From: Piromyces finnis finn
Lineage: Eukaryota > Fungi > Neocallimastigomycota
DNA: 64,000 bases
Reading direction: 5' to 3'
Assembly: GCA_002104945.1 (NCBI GenBank)
Contig: MCFH01000034.1
Coordinates: 186,001-250,000, forward strand
Below the pieces are notes generated by a model, which was given only the letters and a program-made list of their open reading frames with translations, was not told the DNA's origin and did no database searches. This document shows, piece by piece, positions 57,420 to 64,000 of this stretch (the first letter of the stretch is position 1; each line of letters starts with the position of its first letter). The position numbers and the translations under genes were made by a program.

Positions 57420-60074
57420 TTAATATACAGGAATATCTATTTTATCATTTAAATCATTTAATGATTTTAAAGTAGTATACTCATATTTTATATCCTGTGT
57501 TTTATAATAATTCATACAAAATTGATTTTCGTCATACTCAAGTTTGTTAAAGTCTAATTCTTTAATATGAATATAACCATTAGAATAACCAATAGGATCT
57601 CTTTCCTTTAAATCTTTTAATACTAGCTCACTTCCAAAATATGGATGTTTTAGAATATTATTATCATCACGATTATGGCCTAAAGTAATTGCTTTGATTC
57701 CATTATCAAATTCGATTTCATATTTTTGGTTATTATCATCTTGAAGAATAACATTAAACCAAGAATTAACTGAAACTTCTTTTGGGTTTACAAGATCATT
57801 TGGGAAATACCAGTTATTATCAATGGCAATAGGATGATATGGTGTTAAAAGAACACCATTTATATCACACATGTAAGGTTTTCTTTTTTCATTTAAAGTT
57901 TGTTCTATAACGCATTTAACTGCCGCATTGTTATTAAGAAGATCACCTTTTTTTAAATCTCTAACACGTTTTTTTTGATAATTTGCTAATAATATGCATG
58001 CATCACCATTAAAGCATCCTCCATGACGATTAATAAAATATTTCATTTTAAGATTTGGTTTTCTTCTTTCAGAACAAGTTTCCGAGGCTGAGTCACATAA
58101 TAGCACTGGTCTTGTTAAACATCTTGAAGTTTCATTAATACTAGGACGCATATCCATTCTTTGATAAGATAGCAAAGGATTATTTCTAGCATTCATTGAC
58201 GTAATTGATGAATTATACGAATCAGAAATACTTTGTTCTTCAGTTTCAGGTGGTGGAAGATTAACAAATATTGTATTAGCCATTTTTCTGTAAGCATTAA
58301 AAACTTCATGAGTATAATATTGTAATGATTGATCTTTGAAATTACCGCATTGCTCATATTGATGGAACCTTAGGAAAGAATTAATATAACATTTGCCCCA
58401 AGTACCATAATACAATATACTAATAGCTTTTTCTACTTGGCCATGATTTGGATTAGAATTGGTAATATCAATAAGTAGATTTTTTACATACTTTGTTTTA
58501 TATTTTAAGTTCGTTAATATTTTAATATAATCACTTAAAATTTTATTGGCCTTTTTATTCTCATCCTCATCAAAAGATATGTTTTTTAATTTAACGATCT
58601 TGTTAAGAACAATTACCAATTTATTTCTTAAAAGTTGATTTAAAAGTCTTTCTTCATATTGAATTTTTACTGAATCATTTTCTTCAATAGGAGCACTAGT
58701 ATCTATTTTTTCAACTTTTTCAATCATATTATCAATTTCAGAATCAGAATCATCAGAATCAAGTAGTTCACTATCACTATCAGAATCAGATTCGTTGTCA
58801 TTATCATCAGATTCCTTAAGTTCTTTTTCTAACATTTCATCCATATATAATTGAAGATTAGAACTTTCATTATTAATAGGAACTTCAAAAACTTGATTTG
58901 TCATTGGAATTTCAACAGTAACTTTTGTTTTATCAATTAGTTTTTTATCGATTTTAAATATAGCATTTCTATACGTTGCTCTATATAATGGTCCAATTGT
59001 CATTGTTTTTTTAACATCCTCTCCTTGTTTTACAATTACTTTAATGATTGGAGTAATGGTGGAAAGAAGATTAGCCATATAATTAATAAAAATTGTTCCA
59101 ACCATTGTGCCATCTGGACAATATCCATAAATACCATTACCAAGATTTGCTATATCAATTAATAATTCAGGTCCAGCATCATTACCAAATGAAAATGTTG
59201 AAATACTAAATTTATCATCACAAATTTTTAATGTATCTTTTAATGTTTGATATACTCCATTTGGTGGATTGTAATTGGAGTCACCATCTGTAAATACCAT
59301 TATTGATTTTTGATAACTTTTATATGAAATAGACTTTGATATATCAATAGCTTCCTTAATACCACTCCAAATATTAGTTTTTCCATAAGCTGTCATAGTG
59401 TCAATATTAGTAATAACACTATTTTTTGTAAATTTATTAATTAATATTGTAGGTCTTATATGAACATTAGACTCACCATTAAATGTTACAACACTAAACA
59501 TATCACCTTTTCTTAATGTGGAAACAATAGTTTTAAGTGAATGCTTAATCAATTCAAGACGAGAAACATATTGAGCTTCCAAATTTTCAACATTATTACA
59601 ACAGTTAGTTCTCATAGAACCAGATATATCAACAACACAGATTAAGCATACTGGTGAGGTGGTCCTTATTTTCTTTGGCTTCATCCATACATGAAGTGAA
59701 TCTTTACATAATCCAGTACTTTTATCTCCAGCAATAATACGTGATTGTAATTCTTCAAATTCAACTTTTTTGGCTTCTGAAGCCTCCGTTATAATCGATA
59801 AATTTTTTATTTTTTCATTAATATTAATATCCTTTTCTCCAATGTTATGCTCTTTAATATAATTTTCGATTAAACTTTTTAAAGAATAGTTAATAACACC
59901 ATCACTAAAATTCATTGGCATTTTAGTTAATGGAGAGACTTGTTTTATTTCTAAAGCTTTCTTAATAGCTTCTTTTTCATAGGTTTGTCCATCAGGCATA
60001 ACCATAGGTTCTTTCATAATTTCCAAAGTAATTGGACATATAAATTCATTTGGAATTTCATCAGTATTATTCAT
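57420..60074 (-). CDS. U-box - von Willebrand A - Vwaint - Hint (Vint) protein, intronless, 884 aa
   Basis: U-box IPNEFICPITLEIMKEP...GQTYEKEAI...SPLT; VWA MIDAS DISGS..T..TDG; Vwaint HGQVEKAIS...WGKCY...EQCGNFKDQSLQ; Hint starting GG|CFNGD with TPYHP and ITLGH...HPYFGS. Confidence 0.9.
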   Translation of the reverse strand: MNNTDEIPNEFICPITLEIMKEPMVMPDGQTYEKEAIKKALEIKQVSPLTKMPMNFSDGVINYSLKSLIENYIKEHNIGEKDININEKIKNLSIITEASEAKKVEFEELQSRIIAGDKSTGLCKDSLHVWMKPKKIRTTSPVCLICVVDISGSMRTNCCNNVENLEAQYVSRLELIKHSLKTIVSTLRKGDMFSVVTFNGESNVHIRPTILINKFTKNSVITNIDTMTAYGKTNIWSGIKEAIDISKSISYKSYQKSIMVFTDGDSNYNPPNGVYQTLKDTLKICDDKFSISTFSFGNDAGPELLIDIANLGNGIYGYCPDGTMVGTIFINYMANLLSTITPIIKVIVKQGEDVKKTMTIGPLYRATYRNAIFKIDKKLIDKTKVTVEIPMTNQVFEVPINNESSNLQLYMDEMLEKELKESDDNDNESDSDSDSELLDSDDSDSEIDNMIEKVEKIDTSAPIEENDSVKIQYEERLLNQLLRNKLVIVLNKIVKLKNISFDEDENKKANKILSDYIKILTNLKYKTKYVKNLLIDITNSNPNHGQVEKAISILYYGTWGKCYINSFLRFHQYEQCGNFKDQSLQYYTHEVFNAYRKMANTIFVNLPPPETEEQSISDSYNSSITSMNARNNPLLSYQRMDMRPSINETSRCLTRPVLLCDSASETCSERRKPNLKMKYFINRHGGCFNGDACILLANYQKKRVRDLKKGDLLNNNAAVKCVIEQTLNEKRKPYMCDINGVLLTPYHPIAIDNNWYFPNDLVNPKEVSVNSWFNVILQDDNNQKYEIEFDNGIKAITLGHNRDDNNILKHPYFGSELVLKDLKERDPIGYSNGYIHIKELDFNKLEYDENQFCMNYYKTQDIKYEYTTLKSLNDLNDKIDIPVY

Positions 60075-60937
60075 TTTTTTTTTTTTTTTTATTATTATTA
60101 TTATAGTTTAATTATAATGTCTATATAATGTGTAATGTTTACTTTCAATTAATTATTTAAATTAACTATAATTATAAATTTAATGTTTAAATTTATATTT
60201 GAATTTAAAGATTTTTATTTATTTAAAATAATATTGTCTTTTTTATTATATGCAAATTCCTTGTTAATATTGTATAATTCTTTTAATATTTATATATATA
60301 TTTATATAATTGTTTCTACTTTGAAAAAAAAAAAAAGAAAAAAGAAAAAATAATTGAAAAAAAGATATTAATTTTTATATATATTAATAATATAAAATTA
60401 ATATCAATTTTTATTCATTAATTACTGCCTTCCTTACACAAAATTTTCATAGTCAATTGTAGAGTCACATTTTTTAAAAAGTGAATAAATATGAAATTCA
60501 AATATTTTGTAATTTTATCATAATTTCCTTTTTTTTTTTTTTTTTAACTCTCTGTAAATATTTATTTACACATCAATTTATACTATTTATTATACTACAT
60601 ATGCAAATTAATTATAAATTTTTTTTTATAAATAGACACAAAAAAACAAAAATAATTTATATATTTCATAATATGTTTTAACCAAGTATGTGTATTTATT
60701 TAATGATATTTTATATTATAGAAATAAATATTAAAATATATATACATGCTTTATTTAAAATAAAAAGAATATAAATAGAAAAAATATCAACAAATTTATA
60801 AACTATTTATTTATCTTTTTTTTTTTTTTTAATTAAAAACGTAAATATTATTTTTATATTTAGTTTTTATTATATTTATTGTTTCTTTTTCTTAGTTTTT
60901 TAAAAATAAAATTACAGTTTTCAAAATCTTTTTTTTT

Positions 60938-61070
60938 TCAAATGTAAGGTTTAGGTAAAATAGGAACATATTTCTCTCTATGTACAGGTGTTGTTGTAAA
61001 TGGTTTAACTTCTTCATTATTAATATTTTTATTATTATTATCGTTATTACTATTAATGTTATTATTATTA

Positions 61071-61102
<32 letters not shown>

Positions 61103-61297
61103 TATATTAATATTATTATTATTATTTATATTAATATTATTATTATTATTAATATTAATATTATTATTATTGTTATTACTATTGATGTTATTATTGTCAT
61201 TGTCATTATCATTATTGTTATTATTATTATTGTTATTATTATTATTATCATCATTATTATTATTATCGTTATCATTATCATTACTATTATTATTATT

Positions 61298-61362
<65 letters not shown>

Positions 61363-62827
61363 TATTGGTATTATTGTTATTATTATCATTACTACTATTA
61401 TCATTATTACTATTATTAATATTGGTATTGTCATTATTATTGTTATTGTTATTGTTATTATTATTATTATCATCATTATTGGTCAAATTTACACCTTTTG
61501 AATTTGATGATATGTTTAGTTTATTTTGAAAAGAGGGAATATTATTATTTTTATCATAATTGTCAGAGAAATTAGAGTTACCAAATGAATTATTAAAAGA
61601 TGGATTAAAATTATTAGGTTCATTATTAATAATAATATTGTTATTATTAATATTATTATTGTTGCTATTGTTGTTGTTATAACTATAATTATTATATTGA
61701 TAATTATTATTTTGGTTATAGGAATAATTTTGGGAATTATTATTATTAGCGTTGTTATTAACAGAATAAGTAGAGTTAGAATTCATATTATTATTAATAT
61801 TTCCATCGTGTTTATTAAAATTATCATTGTTTATGTAATTAAAATTTCCATTATTATTATTATAAGTAATATTGTTATTATCATTAGTTTCATCATTTGA
61901 ATTCATATTCCAATAATTATTGTTTGAATTTGGTGTAGCTGTAGAATTGGTAGTGTTATTATGTGATGAATTATTCATCATTTGATTATTATTGAAACTT
62001 GTTGGAGACTGGATTGAAGAAATAGAATATATAGATTGCTGAGAAGAAGAATTAGAATTAATTAATGTATCAGCATTTGAAATTGAATTTCCAGGACCAG
62101 TTTTATTAATAGTATTGGTTTTCACAGGTAAATAAGTTGAATTATTATTATTGAAATTTGAATTATTATTTATGGAAACACCATATACAATATTTGACTG
62201 CATTTCATCATAGCTATTATTATTACTTATAGTCATATCGTTATCATTAGAGTTTTTTTCATTACAGTAATTATAATTATTACTAGAATTATCATTAAAT
62301 TGGGATCTATTGTTGTTACTATATATGTTATTATTACTATTATTATCATTAATGGTATTGTTATTATTTTTGTTGTTATTATTATTATTGGTGGAGATGA
62401 TGTTATTATTATTGTTATAATTGTTGTTGTTAGAATTCATAAATTGATTGGAAATAGAGTTATTATTATTATTATAAGTAAATGATGAGTTACTGTTGTT
62501 AAAAAAATTATTGTTGTTGAAATTATTTGGAGTGGATATATTATTGTCAGTATTCATGTAGCCATTATTATTATTTCCATTATTAAAATTGGAATGAATA
62601 TTATTATTGTTATTGAAATTGGAATTATTAACATTATTGCTACCACTTACATAATTAGCATTATAATTGTTTGATGGACCATTGAAATTATTATTTGAAG
62701 AATTATTTGAAAAAGAGTTATCTGTATTAAAAGGATTGATTGTATTCATTGTATTATTGTTGTTGGCGGCGTTGATGTTTCCATTCATATAATTATTAGA
62801 ATAATTTATTTGATTAGGTGAATTCAA

Positions 62828-62874
<47 letters not shown>

Positions 62875-64000
62875 TATAATTAAAATTATTATTATCGTTA
62901 TTATTTTTACAATTGTCATTGTAATTCATAGATATACTATTTGAATTACATGGAATAAATGTTGAATTATTATTGCAGTTATCATTGCCGTTATTCATAG
63001 TATTGTTATCAGAAAAATTGTTAGACTTATCATTGGTATTATTATTATCAATATTATCATTAATATTATTATTATCATTAGTATTATTATTAGGTATCAT
63101 GGAATAAGTAGAACATTGATTCATATTGTTGTTATTATTATTATTATTGTTGTTGATGATGTTGTTGTTATTATTATTATTGTTGTTGTTGTTGTTGTTA
63201 TCGTTATCGTTATTTATATTATTATTATTATTGTTGTTGTTGTTGTTGTTGTTATTATTATTATTAAATGAATTGCTGCTATTATTGTTGAAATTTACTG
63301 ATTCATTGACATTGGCATTAATATAATTATTGTCATTATTACAATAATCATTATTTTGGTTATCATTTAAATATTTTTCATTATTATTGAAATTGTTGTT
63401 AATATTATTGTTATTATTATTAGAATAGAATATTTCACTACTATTAATGTTATTGTTGACGTTGTTGTTAATATTCATTTCAGAATTAGTATTACTACCA
63501 TTGTTTTGTCCAAATGATGTAGCCAAATCCATCAATGCCATAACAGCAAAATTATCTGTATTATCTGAATTATTTCTACTACTATTGATACAGTCACCAT
63601 TAGCTTTATTATTTGTATTATTATTACCATTAAATTTATTATTATTTGGATTGTTTGATATATTGTAGTTAAAATTATTGTTTATACTACTGTTACAATT
63701 ATTAAAGTAAGGCATATTTGTTTCATTGTTATTATTATTACCATTATTCATGAAATTGTTCACTATAATTAGGTAATAAATAATTATTAGCAATATTATT
63801 TTATTTAATATATTTCAATTTATTAATAAAATAGCATATATATTTACTCTGACACTGCTGAGAATTATGTATATCACAGTTATTATTGATGTTATTAATA
63901 TTATGATTTTGGTTATAATTATTATTGTTATTTCCTTGGTTTTTATTATCATGATTCATAATATCATATTGGAAGTTGTTGTTATTGTTGTTATTAAAAT
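60938..64000 (-). CDS. Extremely Asn-rich low-complexity protein, 3' part; 5'-truncated by the window edge
   Basis: Long stop-free (AAT/AAC/GAT)-rich ORF ending KYVPILPKPYI*. An intron at about 63764-63847 links it in frame (CQM|NNF) to a further Asn-rich exon running off the window. Confidence 0.75.

Noticed and set aside
60980-63668. Plus-strand and alternate-frame poly-Leu/Ile/Met ORFs
   Set aside because: Shadow frames of the (AAT)n-rich Asn-coding gene.

Overview
Very AT-rich, intron-rich eukaryotic genomic DNA with long poly-A/T tracts and (AAT)n repeats. A flagellar dynein light chain together with fungal-type housekeeping genes points to a zoosporic fungus, most likely an anaerobic gut fungus (Neocallimastigomycota); this assignment is inference. 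I can support about 16 protein-coding genes: the 3' end of a type I PKS (KR-ACP-TE), DXO/Rai1, an acidic protein with a BCL7/Rtt102-like N-terminus, Rrp41, Pol III RPC4, AIP1/WDR1, ATG2, AP-2 sigma, a small orphan, lipin/PAH1, a small Cys-rich GPI protein, an F-box-LRR gene, DCAF12, DNAL4, PSD2, a U-box-VWA-Hint (Vint) gene, plus a partial Asn-rich protein. Four things stand out. (1) A non-coding GC-rich island of about 545 bp at 25.6-26.1 kb has a degenerate tRNA-Ala(AGC) head, a structured body, an A-tail and a 12-bp flanking direct repeat, which fits a tRNA-derived SINE or a tRNA-led Pol III ncRNA. (2) The F-box-LRR gene is built from 16 consecutive 69-nt, same-phase exons, one LRR each. 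(3) The U-box-VWA-Hint gene is intronless and its autoprocessing residues look intact. (4) A TCACGTGT motif occurs six times, with ICRE/UASINO-consensus copies upstream of lipin. All exon models were read by eye and no searches were run.
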